64,000 bases of DNA from an uncultured delta proteobacterium (GTDB lineage Bacteria > Desulfobacterota > Desulfuromonadia > Desulfuromonadales > JACZKF01). Location: assembly GCA_963816395.1 (NCBI GenBank), contig CAWFKQ010000009.1, forward strand, positions 1-64,000. Direction: 5' to 3'. Made by a program: the position numbers and the translations under genes. The notes beneath the pieces were generated by a model. It was not told where the DNA came from, did not search any database, and saw only the letters and a program-made list of their open reading frames with translations. Positions 1 through 7,827 of the stretch are shown here, piece after piece. Positions within the stretch are counted from its first letter, which is position 1; the number at the start of each line of letters is the position of its first letter.

Positions 1-50
1 GGGGGATAATGCGCACAAAATCGGGGGTCTGCGCTTCCCTCGGGAGGCTT

Positions 51-95
51 AAAAAGCAGAGCCCGCTCGCACCAGGCGAATGGGCTCTGCTGATC
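51..95 (-). terminator. Intrinsic terminator downstream of a tRNA-Ser 3'-end copy
   Basis: Hairpin gcagagccc...gggctctgc preceded by an A-run (U-tract on the minus strand), directly abutting the att copy at 96. Confidence 0.7.
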
Positions 96-121
96 TGGCG
101 GAGGGGGTGGGATTCGGACCC
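96..121 (-). repeat. att-like copy of the tRNA-Ser(CGA) 3' end (1 mismatch)
   Basis: tggcggagggggtgggattcggaccc versus tggcggagggggtgggattcgaaccc at 4889-4914. Confidence 0.9.
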
Positions 122-257
122 TCTCCATCGCAGCCCCCAAATAGGAAGATTTGCAAAAGGATTTAATAGATTCAGCATCTTGCGGAGTCAAGTATAGAAG
201 CCGACCCGCCACGATTCCCCGTATTTCCCCGCCCTGACCCGGCTCTCCCAGGAAAGT

Positions 258-560
258 ATGCTGGTCACGCGTAAGACGCTTTCCCGCCTGGAGTCCGGGG
301 GACCCCTCCGTCAGCCTCGCCGTCCTGGCGGCGGCGCTCCATGCTCTCGACATGGTCGACGGTCTAGATCGCCGCCCCGGACAAGGACACGGTGGGGCTC
401 TTCCATGAGAGGCAGCGCCTTCCCCGGCGGGTGCGGAAGAAAAAGGCGCCGGCCGATGAACTGGACTTCTGATGGCGACCGAACGAAAGGCCTACGTCTT
501 CATCCTGCCCGGCGAGACCGCCGCCGTTCCGGCCGGGGTGTTCACCATGGTACCATAGTC
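258..560 (+). pseudogene. Decayed XRE antitoxin plus HipA N-terminal remnant
   Basis: Across frameshifts reads MLVTRKTLSRLESG(D)PSVSLAVLAAALHALDM...DKDTVGLFHERQRLPRRVRKKKAPADELDF*, coupled by TGATG to MATERKAYVFILPGETAAVPAGVFT, then truncated. Confidence 0.6.
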
Positions 561-584
561 TGTCACCGCGTTTCAAAAAGCTGA

Positions 585-607
585 ATCTTTACACCTATCT
601 TTACACC
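585..607. repeat. Tandem 11-bp direct repeat, probable integrase arm-type site
   Basis: atctttacacc at 585-595 and 597-607, close to the terminator/att junction. Confidence 0.55.
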
Positions 608-635
608 CAGAGCCATTTTTCTGGGTTTGGAGCAT

Positions 636-678
636 AAAAACAAAGGACCTAGCCGGTCAGCTAAGCCCTTGTTTTTAT
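636..678 (-). terminator. Terminator copy adjacent to the att site
   Basis: aaaaacaaaggacctagccggtcagctaagcccttgttttt, very similar to the terminator at 4844-4888. Confidence 0.75.
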
Positions 679-704
679 TGGCGGAGGGGGTGGGATTCGA
701 ACCC
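679..704 (-). repeat. att-like exact 26-bp copy of the tRNA-Ser(CGA) 3' end
   Basis: Identical to 4889-4914. Confidence 0.92.
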
Positions 705-901
705 CCTCCATGGCGTACCCGAGCAAAGGCACTTTGAAGAAAATTGCAGGTGAATCAATAGGTTGTGGCATCCCCCTATGAAGCACCCCAGCCGTCTTTC
801 CCTGTACTTCCCTCCCCAGACCCGGCAATCCCAGGAAAGTTTCAGGAAAGTTTTGGCGGCCGCAGGACGACTCTCAGCCTCTTCCGGAAGCCCAAATCAG
901 C

Positions 902-1819
902 TCACCGACGCCAGGGCCCGCCCATCGCCCAGGTCGCCTCGAAGCGGCCCCCGGCGTGGATGGCCAGACAGACCGGCATCAGGAAACCCTCAATGGCACC
1001 GGCTACAGTTTCGAAGCTCGCCCCCTCCCCTTCCAGACCGTTACGCCCGAGGAACGCCCGCCACTGCACCGCCTTTCCAGGATCGCCATAGAACTCGGCC
1101 GTCAGCGGCAGAGGAACGTCTGCGGGAACGGCGGTACGCCGCCGTTCGAAGGTGCGCTCCACAGCGCGGGCCAGAGTGGTCCCGTCGAACTCGAAGAGCC
1201 GGGAGAGCATCCAGACGTCGTAGAAATCCTTCATCCGGCTGTTGGCCATCCCCAAGTGGATCATCGCTTGGAACTTCTCCGCCACGACCGTTTCGCGCGG
1301 GTAGACGCGCAGGTGCGGCGCGGGCAGGTCGAGCAGGGTCGGGTAGTCGACCTCCTCGGGGGCAGGAGTGACGGTATCGCCGAAACCGACATCGACCTGA
1401 AGCGGAATTCGGGCGCCGTCCAGGGTTGCCATCAGCCGCACCCGGATGCCGCCGTACTCCATCTCCTCCCGGATCGCCCCGGCCACAATGCTTTGCGGGG
1501 CGAAGCGCAGGCCGTCGTCCTCCACCTCCACCCGGCAGACGTCCCGAAAGACCTCTACCAGATGCGCCTCGGTGCTCTCGCCGAACCCGAGCAGGTCGGC
1601 ATCCCGCGTCGGCCGGTGCTCGTCCATCCCCCAGAGGGGGAAGAGCATCGCCCCCTTGAGGATAAAGACGCTCCCGTACTCGGACCTCCCCAGCCGATAG
1701 AGCAGCCTCTCGGTACCGAACCGGGTAAGCAGCAGGCCGAAATCCCCACGCTGCTCCCGCGCCCGGTTCAGCAGCCGCTGGCGCACCGAGGCCGCCATGT
1801 TGATCTTGCGGGCCGTCAT
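902..1819 (-). CDS. AbiEii/AbiGii-family nucleotidyltransferase toxin (type IV TA)
   Basis: FILKGAMLF, RPTRDADLLG, DVGFGD, ETVVAEKF and NSRMKDFYD motifs; start overlaps the antitoxin stop. Confidence 0.9.
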   Translation of the reverse strand: MTARKINMAASVRQRLLNRAREQRGDFGLLLTRFGTERLLYRLGRSEYGSVFILKGAMLFPLWGMDEHRPTRDADLLGFGESTEAHLVEVFRDVCRVEVEDDGLRFAPQSIVAGAIREEMEYGGIRVRLMATLDGARIPLQVDVGFGDTVTPAPEEVDYPTLLDLPAPHLRVYPRETVVAEKFQAMIHLGMANSRMKDFYDVWMLSRLFEFDGTTLARAVERTFERRRTAVPADVPLPLTAEFYGDPGKAVQWRAFLGRNGLEGEGASFETVAGAIEGFLMPVCLAIHAGGRFEATWAMGGPWRR

Positions 1820-2427
1820 GCGCTCATCGCCTCCAGATAGGGCTTCATCACGTTCGCCACCTTGCGGAGCTTTGCATGGTGCCAGAGGTCGTCGATCTGG
1901 CAGCGCCTGTCGGCTCGGCACTCCTTGAGCGCCTCCAGGGCCACGTCCAGGCCGATCTTGTTTCGGTACTTGAAGCAGTCGGCCACGGTTCTGGCCGGAC
2001 CGGTCACCTTAACCGGAACCCCCTCGATCACATGTTCCTCGATCCCCTCCGTCAGGCCGCTGCCGGAAAACCACACGACGCGCAGGGGGGGATAGTCGAT
2101 GCGGGGGCGGGCGGCGGTCCGCTCCAGCGCCATCCAAACTTCATGGGGATTCTGGGTGCCGATCTCGTGGAAGCGAAGAGCGGAGAGCAGACAGACGATA
2201 CCGTGGGGAACCAGCTTGGCCGCCTGGGCCAGGCTGTGGTGAGCGGAGATCTCGGCGTCGGCCGCCATGTAAAGGCCGCGGCCGGTCCGAACCATCAGCC
2301 CCTGGCGGCAGAGCCGACGCAGGTATTCCGGATGGATGCCGCGCGAGGTCAGGTCGCGCACCCGCAGGACACCCAGCTCTCGGGCGAGTTCAATGATGTT
2401 TTCGGATGGAGATGAATCTTGAGGCAT
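1816..2427 (-). CDS. AbiEi-family antitoxin / transcriptional regulator (type IV TA)
   Basis: N-terminal wHTH (RTGRGLY), CLLSALRFHEIGTQNP, RTVADCFKYRNKIGLDVALEALK. Confidence 0.9.
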   Translation of the reverse strand: MPQDSSPSENIIELARELGVLRVRDLTSRGIHPEYLRRLCRQGLMVRTGRGLYMAADAEISAHHSLAQAAKLVPHGIVCLLSALRFHEIGTQNPHEVWMALERTAARPRIDYPPLRVVWFSGSGLTEGIEEHVIEGVPVKVTGPARTVADCFKYRNKIGLDVALEALKECRADRRCQIDDLWHHAKLRKVANVMKPYLEAMSA

Positions 2428-2474
2428 GTGTAAACGTATTGTCTTTAACATACAATTGTCAAGTTTTTTACACA
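2427..2474. promoter_or_regulatory. Imperfect inverted repeat, probable AbiEi operator
   Basis: tgtgtaaacgtattg...caagttttttacaca immediately upstream of abiEi; AbiEi proteins autoregulate through promoter inverted repeats. Confidence 0.55.
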
Positions 2475-2604
2475 GAGCGTTTGGGTACCTCCCGGGAAAG
2501 GGGCTTACCGCGCTGGCGGGTGACGGCGCTCCAAGCCCCCGCCGACGGAATTCCGGGGGTGAAAGGACGGCTCACCGTCACCCCACCTGCCAGAGCACCC
2601 TCCG

Positions 2605-2830
2605 ACTTTTCCCTTCTACTCCACCCGCACCTCAAAGCCGAAAGCCGCCAACTCCCGCTCCAGCGCACTGCTGTAACGCTCCAGCTCGAAGTCTGGCATC
2701 GGCTGGAGGAGGGAGAAGTCGAGGTCCTCGGAGAAACGGTCGAGGCCGTAGAGGACCATCAGGGCGTAGTAGTCGAACTCCTCGAAAGGGATGACTTAGC
2801 GCAGGTCTTCGTTCACGGTTGTCACGATGC
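2605..2830 (-). pseudogene. Remnant of a second AbiE-type TA pair
   Basis: Minus strand reads VNEDLR*VIPFEEFDYYALMVLYGLDRFSEDLDFSLLQPMPDFELERYSSALERELAAFGFEVRVE*; YGLDRFSEDLDF is the AbiEii NTase motif. Confidence 0.7.
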
Positions 2831-3071
2831 AAAAGTGGCTACTCTTGCGCAGTATGTCGGCATTTTGTCGACTTACTATACCTGAATGGACAAAACTTCA
2901 ATCCTCGCTTCCAGATATCGGAACTGACATCGTCGTCCGCGGTCAGGTCGGACCCGAAGTTCCAGACAAAAAGGAACAAAATTCTCACAAGTCGTAGCAA
3001 TATGTCTTGTTCAGCAAATGAACAACAACGACCGAAGCCCCAAGAGGACCTTTCTCCCAGGGGGAGGGTGT

Positions 3072-4339
3072 TTAGTCGGGGCGGCCACCTAAGACCGCCC
3101 AGGCCCAACTGCTGCGCTGACGAATAATCTTTTGGATCTCTTCGATGGTCTCGCTACCGCCATGGTTTCTCCTGAACCTGTCGGCTAGAGTGGCCGCTTT
3201 CTTCTCAATGACGCTCGTCACCCCTTCCAGTTCCCGCAATATGACCTTGGGAGAAACCTCAAGTTCCTCGGCCAACCGTTCCCAGTGCCCGCGTCTGATT
3301 CTATTCGGATGGCGTTCGCCGCCGATGCGCATGGCCAGACGCAGGTCGAGCTGCGGGTAGCAGGCTGTGCAGAGCAGGTCATAAAAGGGGGCGAGACTGA
3401 CGCTGCCGGCGCTGTCATAGAGCAGGGAAAGATTCTTGCCGTGGGCGTCGGCATTGCCGATCAGAAAGTTGAAGCCGATCCAGCGCAGCAGTTGCCGGGC
3501 ATCGGCCGCCGGCGCAGCACTGCACGTGCGAATGAGTCGCCAGATCGCCGCCAGCCCCGGCCCGCCGCTCTCCTCGTATTTGAGATTGGCCTCAACCCCC
3601 AAGGCCTGACAGATATCCTCCTGATGCAACCGCACAACCCTGTCGGCTTGACGCTGTCGATCGAAGCGCGCCACCAGATAAAAGTTCTGCTCGCGAATCG
3701 TGCGGATCTCTGCCTGAGGAACAACAAGCCCGAGTTCCTTTGCCAACTGCATGCAGAACGCCTCGTTCTCGACCGTCTGTGGCAGGGGGATAGCGGAGCG
3801 AATCGGCGGCTTGAGGATATGGGTCGTTGCCCAGGCGCCGATGCTTTTATAAATGCCGGTGGCATCGACGAAGACCGGCACCTTGTTCTGTGCCCCGGCG
3901 AGGGAGAGGCGTACGCCGGCCTCGCCGGCCAAGAGCGGCGGCGGAGGATGGGCAGAGGCCAGGGCCAAAAGCTCGTCATCGCTCAGCCGCTTGATAGCGC
4001 CCCGGCTGCGAAAGCTCCGCTCCCGGTGGAATCAGGCTGACCGCGCCGGCACACTCCCCTCCCAGATCGACCAGCAGACCAAAGACGTCGCCTGTGCTGC
4101 GCCCGAGTCGGCGGGCAACCGCCGTAAGGACATCCCCTTCCGGCAGCAGGTTGCCGAACCAGGTCCGGGTGGCGGCGTCATCGAAGGGCGCTTCGCGCAA
4201 AGGGAGGGAGAGGGAAAGGGGGTGCCGTTCCGGTGCTTGCAGCCATTCCTCGTCATAACGAAAGGCCAGGCGTCCCTGCACTCTGACTCAACACCCCGAC
4301 GCGCCGTTCCCGCAGGTAGACGATCAGCTCATCGATCAT
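3072..4339 (-). CDS. hipA: HipA-family Ser/Thr kinase toxin (two apparent frameshifts, near 4285 and 3990)
   Basis: N-terminal couple domain (FRYDEEW, LSLSLPL, WFGNLLPEG) and kinase motifs SLAGAQNK, THILKP, LHQEDICQALG, IGNADAHGKN, LAPFYD. Confidence 0.85.
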
Positions 4340-4342
4340 CGG

Positions 4343-4597
4343 CTACCCCTGCCAGTTCCGGGTTGTTCGGGGTTGCACAATCACCTCCAGGCCAAGGCTC
4401 GCCAAGAGGTGCAGAACCTTGCCGATCTCCGCCGTCGCCTTGCCGCGTTCGATCTCGCCGATCAACCGGGGGCCGATCCCGGCCAGGGCGGAGAGATCTT
4501 CCTGGCTGATCCCCTGCTTTTTGCGCGCTTGCCGCAACAGGGTGCCTAGTTGCGTCGGATCAGAAATCTTCCCGTACGGGATAACCTTGCTCTCCAT
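4343..4597 (-). CDS. hipB: HipB-like XRE antitoxin
   Basis: HTH LRQARKKQGISQEDLSALAGIGPRLIGEIERGK, directly upstream of hipA. Confidence 0.85.
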   Translation of the reverse strand: MESKVIPYGKISDPTQLGTLLRQARKKQGISQEDLSALAGIGPRLIGEIERGKATAEIGKVLHLLASLGLEVIVQPRTTRNWQG

Positions 4598-4683
4598 ACG
4601 CACCTCCACCAGCTAATCGTCCCGAAAGGGAAGAATAGTGGGAAGATCGATAAAAAGCAAACAAAATCTTCCCGATCGGGAAT
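4565..4683. promoter_or_regulatory. Three palindromic HipB-type operators at 50-bp spacing
   Basis: cccgtacggg (4571), cccgaaaggg (4621) and cccgatcggg (4671), each preceded by aatc(t/g)t. Confidence 0.75.
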
Positions 4684-4843
4684 GATTTGTAGCAGTCACA
4701 AACGCTCGACGCCAAGCGGAAATATTTCAAGAGCAAAGAGCGGCATAGAAGTTAGTGCACTATTGTCGACCGCCCATGCATTCCCCTCCCCTCTTAGAAA
4801 CTGGAACAGCGCCGCAAATCTCGTGCGGCGCGGAGGGGGATAT

Positions 4844-4888
4844 AAAGACAAAGGGCCTAGCCGTTTCCGGCTAAGCCCTTGTTTTTAC
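4844..4888 (-). terminator. tRNA-Ser terminator
   Basis: acaaagggcctagccg-tttc-cggctaagcccttgt hairpin next to the CCA end. Confidence 0.75.
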
Positions 4889-4976
4889 TGGCGGAGGGGG
4901 TGGGATTCGAACCCACGGTACCTTGCGGTACAACAGATTTCGAGTCTGTCACCTTCGACCTCTCGGACACCCCTCC
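4889..4976 (-). tRNA. tRNA-Ser(CGA)
   Basis: Cloverleaf with long variable arm, anticodon loop CTCGAAA, GGTTCGAATC T-arm, encoded CCA. Confidence 0.97.
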
Positions 4977-4990
4977 GGCTAAAATTTTTC

Positions 4991-5488
4991 TTATGCCGGT
5001 TTGTTTATTTTATCCTGTCTGTTTCGTTCACGTAATCCGCGGAAGAAGCCGGTGAGCAGGTCGCTGCAGCGGTCTCCCAGAATCCCCTCGCTTACCTCTA
5101 CGCGATGATTGAATCTATCATCCCGGGAAAAATCGTAAATGGAACCGGCGGCGCCTGCCCGGGGATCCCGGCAGGCAAAAACCAGTCTGGGAATCCGGGC
5201 CAGGATGATGGCGCCCATGCACATGACGCAGGGCTCCAGGGTGACATAGATCGTGCTTTCCAGCAATCTCCAGGAGGCAAGTCTCGCCGCCGCCTGACGG
5301 ATGGCGATCATCTCCGCGTGGGTGGTCGGATCGTTGCTGGTCTCCCGCAGGTTGTGCCCCCGGCCGACGACCTCCCCAGCGTAAACGATGACCGCTCCGA
5401 TGGGAATTTCACCCTTTCGGGCGGCGGCTTCGGCTTCCTTCAGGGCTTCCAGCATGAAGCCCCTGTCCTGTTCGTCGGCGAGATTCAC
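4991..5488 (-). CDS. tadA: tRNA adenosine(34) deaminase
   Basis: EIPIGAVIV, HAE, TLEPCVMC and FNH motifs. Confidence 0.95.
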   Translation of the reverse strand: MNLADEQDRGFMLEALKEAEAAARKGEIPIGAVIVYAGEVVGRGHNLRETSNDPTTHAEMIAIRQAAARLASWRLLESTIYVTLEPCVMCMGAIILARIPRLVFACRDPRAGAAGSIYDFSRDDRFNHRVEVSEGILGDRCSDLLTGFFRGLRERNRQDKINKPA

Positions 5489-5608
5489 GGAGAGCAGTAA
5501 TTATCACGGAAGGAAATGAAAAAACAAGAAAAAATTTGTTTGGCAACCTTCCCCACCCCTATCGCTCGTCACCTGCTTCGCGCCCTCGAATACGGCTGTC
5601 CCAACACG

Positions 5609-5657
5609 TTGACAATCTTCGCGCCTTGCTGTATCTGTAGGTTACTGCACGGTAACC
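5609..5657 (+). promoter_or_regulatory. lexA promoter with a Geobacter-type LexA box
   Basis: TTGACA at 5609; palindrome GGTTAC-tgcacg-GTAACC at 5640-5657 fits GGTT-N2-C-N4-G-N3-ACC except at the C. Confidence 0.75.
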
Positions 5658-5677
5658 CATCCACAAGGACCGCCGCT

Positions 5678-6292
5678 TTGAACGATCTGACCGAGCGCCA
5701 GCGCGAGACGCTGGACTATCTCATCGCCTACCTGGAGGAGCACGACTGTCCGCCGACCCTGCAGGAGATTGCCGGCCGGCTCGGCGTCAGCGGCAATCTA
5801 GGCGTCATGAAGCATCTGCAGGCCCTGGAGCACAAGGGCTACCTCCAGCGCCGCCAGGGCGCACGGGGCATTGTCCTGACGAGCCGGGCCGGACGCCGCC
5901 ATGCCGTAGCGGTGCCGATCGTCGGCGTCGTCCGTGCCGGCCTGCCCTCCCTGGCGGTCGAGGCTATCGAGGACTACTGCGCCACCGACCCGTCCTGGTT
6001 GAAGGGGGAGGGCTGCTTTTACCTGCGGGTGAGGGGAGAGAGCATGATCGACGCCCATATAGTCGATGGCGACCTGGCGCTGATCCGGCCCCAGGCGACG
6101 GCCGAGAACGGGGAGATTGTTGTTGCCCTGCTGGATGGCGAAGCCACCCTGAAGCGCTTCTTTCGCGAGCCGGACGGCCGTATCCGCCTCCAGGCGGAGA
6201 ACCCGCAGTTCGCTCCGATCGTGATTGCCGGGGGAGAGGCCGAGACGGTCCTGGTCGGCAAGCTGCTGCGCACGGTGCGGCGGTATGAGTGA
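5678..6292 (+). CDS. lexA: SOS repressor LexA
   Basis: LTERQRETL wHTH, VRAG cleavage site, RVRGESM catalytic Ser, ATLKRF catalytic Lys; probable TTG start. Confidence 0.93.
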   Translation: MNDLTERQRETLDYLIAYLEEHDCPPTLQEIAGRLGVSGNLGVMKHLQALEHKGYLQRRQGARGIVLTSRAGRRHAVAVPIVGVVRAGLPSLAVEAIEDYCATDPSWLKGEGCFYLRVRGESMIDAHIVDGDLALIRPQATAENGEIVVALLDGEATLKRFFREPDGRIRLQAENPQFAPIVIAGGEAETVLVGKLLRTVRRYE

Positions 6293-6545
6293 GGCTATAG
6301 TGTTTTCGGGAGAAAAGGTCCGGGTGGCGGCGATCTTCGAGCCGGGCAAGCGCATCCGCCCGGTATGGTTCGAGCGCCACCGGCGGCAGCACAAGGTGGT
6401 GGAAACTACCTACAACTGGAGCGGCAAGGTGGGAGAGAAGCCCCTGATCCACTTTGTTGTGAGCGACGGCGAGGCCTGGTTCGAGCTGGTCTACCATCCC
6501 CTCGACGGCAGCTGGACCCTGGCCTCACAGCAGGCGGTGCCATGA
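6285..6545 (+). CDS. Small hypothetical protein between lexA and dinB
   Basis: MSEAIVFSGEKVRVAAIFEPG...; translationally coupled to both neighbours. Confidence 0.7.
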   Translation: MSEAIVFSGEKVRVAAIFEPGKRIRPVWFERHRRQHKVVETTYNWSGKVGEKPLIHFVVSDGEAWFELVYHPLDGSWTLASQQAVP

Positions 6546-7774
6546 AGGACTGGCCCCGGGTCGTCATGCACCTCGACATGAACGCCTTCTTTGCCTCGGT
6601 CGAGCAGCAGACCCACCCCGAGCTGCGCGGCAAGCCCATTGCCGTGATCGGCACCGGAAGGACGGTGGTAACCACCGCCTCCTACGAAGCGCGGGCTTTT
6701 GGGGTGAAGACCGGCATGAACACCTGGCAGGCCCGCCAGGCCTGTCCGCAGATCATTTTCGTGGTGGGCGACAACCGCAAGTACGCCGACACCTCGACCC
6801 GAATCGTGGCGATGATGCGCGAGTACACGCCATTGGTGGAAGTCTTCTCCATCGACGAGGCGTTTCTCGACCTGACCGGTTCCCTGCGCCTCTTTGGCAG
6901 CGCCGAAAGAATCGCCTATCTTCTCAAGGCCCGCATCCGCCAGGAGATGGGCCTGACCTGCTCCATCGGCATCGCCCCCAACAAGCTGCTGGCCAAACTG
7001 GCGAGCGAAATGCAGAAGCCCGACGGGCTGACGATCATTCCCCCGGAAAAGGTGACCGACGTTCTGGAACGAATGCCGGTCAAGGAACTCTGCGGTATCG
7101 GCTCGAAGGTCGGGAACCAATTGGCCCGCTTCGGCATCCAGACTTGTGGCGAACTCGGACGGTTTTCCGTGGAGGTGCTCAAGCGGCGCTTCGGGGTGAT
7201 CGGCGAGCGGCTCAGTCAAATGGGGCGGGGAATCGATGATTCGCCTGTCGTCCCCCCGGAGGAGGAAGAGGCTGTAAAAAGCGTTGGTCACAGCATGACG
7301 CTTACCCAGGACATTACGGGACGCGCGGGTCTGCTCAAGTACCTGCTGCAGCTCTCGGAGATGGTGGGACGCCGGGCGCGGCGCTACGGGGTGGCGGGCA
7401 CGACCATTCACCTGACGGTGCGCTATGGGGATTTTACGACCGTGGGCCGGCAGCAGACCCGCAGAGAGCCAACCAATCAGAGCGAGACGATCTACCGGGC
7501 CGCGGTGGCGATCCTCGATACCTTCGACCTCAGTCGGCCGGTGCGCCTGGTTGGGGTGCGGATCACTAACCTGATCCACCAGGGGGGTCAATTGCCGCTT
7601 TTTGAGACCGAACGCCGCAGCGCCCGGATGGCCGCGGCCATGGACGCGGCCAACGACCGCTTCGGTGCCTTCACCGTAACCTTCGCCAGCGTGCTGGAGA
7701 CTGAAGAGAAGGGCTCACATGTCATCTCGCCTGCCTGGAGACCGGACGGAATTCGCCGGGTCGAGGTTCAGTAA
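6542..7774 (+). CDS. dinB: DNA polymerase IV (Y family)
   Basis: HLDMNAFFASVE, SYEARAFGV, SIDEAFLD, GIAPNKLLAKLAS. Confidence 0.95.
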   Translation: MKDWPRVVMHLDMNAFFASVEQQTHPELRGKPIAVIGTGRTVVTTASYEARAFGVKTGMNTWQARQACPQIIFVVGDNRKYADTSTRIVAMMREYTPLVEVFSIDEAFLDLTGSLRLFGSAERIAYLLKARIRQEMGLTCSIGIAPNKLLAKLASEMQKPDGLTIIPPEKVTDVLERMPVKELCGIGSKVGNQLARFGIQTCGELGRFSVEVLKRRFGVIGERLSQMGRGIDDSPVVPPEEEEAVKSVGHSMTLTQDITGRAGLLKYLLQLSEMVGRRARRYGVAGTTIHLTVRYGDFTTVGRQQTRREPTNQSETIYRAAVAILDTFDLSRPVRLVGVRITNLIHQGGQLPLFETERRSARMAAAMDAANDRFGAFTVTFASVLETEEKGSHVISPAWRPDGIRRVEVQ

Positions 7775-7827
7775 AGCGGGGCGTCAGATGGGAGCGAAAC
7801 ACCGCATTTAGTCATCTGCCTCTGATA

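Larger units (their letters stand above)
679..4914. mobile_element. Integrase-less genomic islet (about 4.2 kb) at tRNA-Ser(CGA) carrying TA modules
   Basis: Bounded by direct repeats of the tRNA 3' end; cargo is AbiE and HipBA; no integrase ORF. Confidence 0.75.

Noticed and set aside
96..704. Additional tRNA genes or a CRISPR-like repeat
   Set aside because: Only the 3' 26 nt of the tRNA are present, spacing is irregular, and there are no cas genes
3072..4339. Split HipA as a tripartite HipBST-like system
   Set aside because: The C-terminal piece has no convincing start, a second frameshift sits in the N-terminus, and indels are frequent in this assembly; cannot be supported
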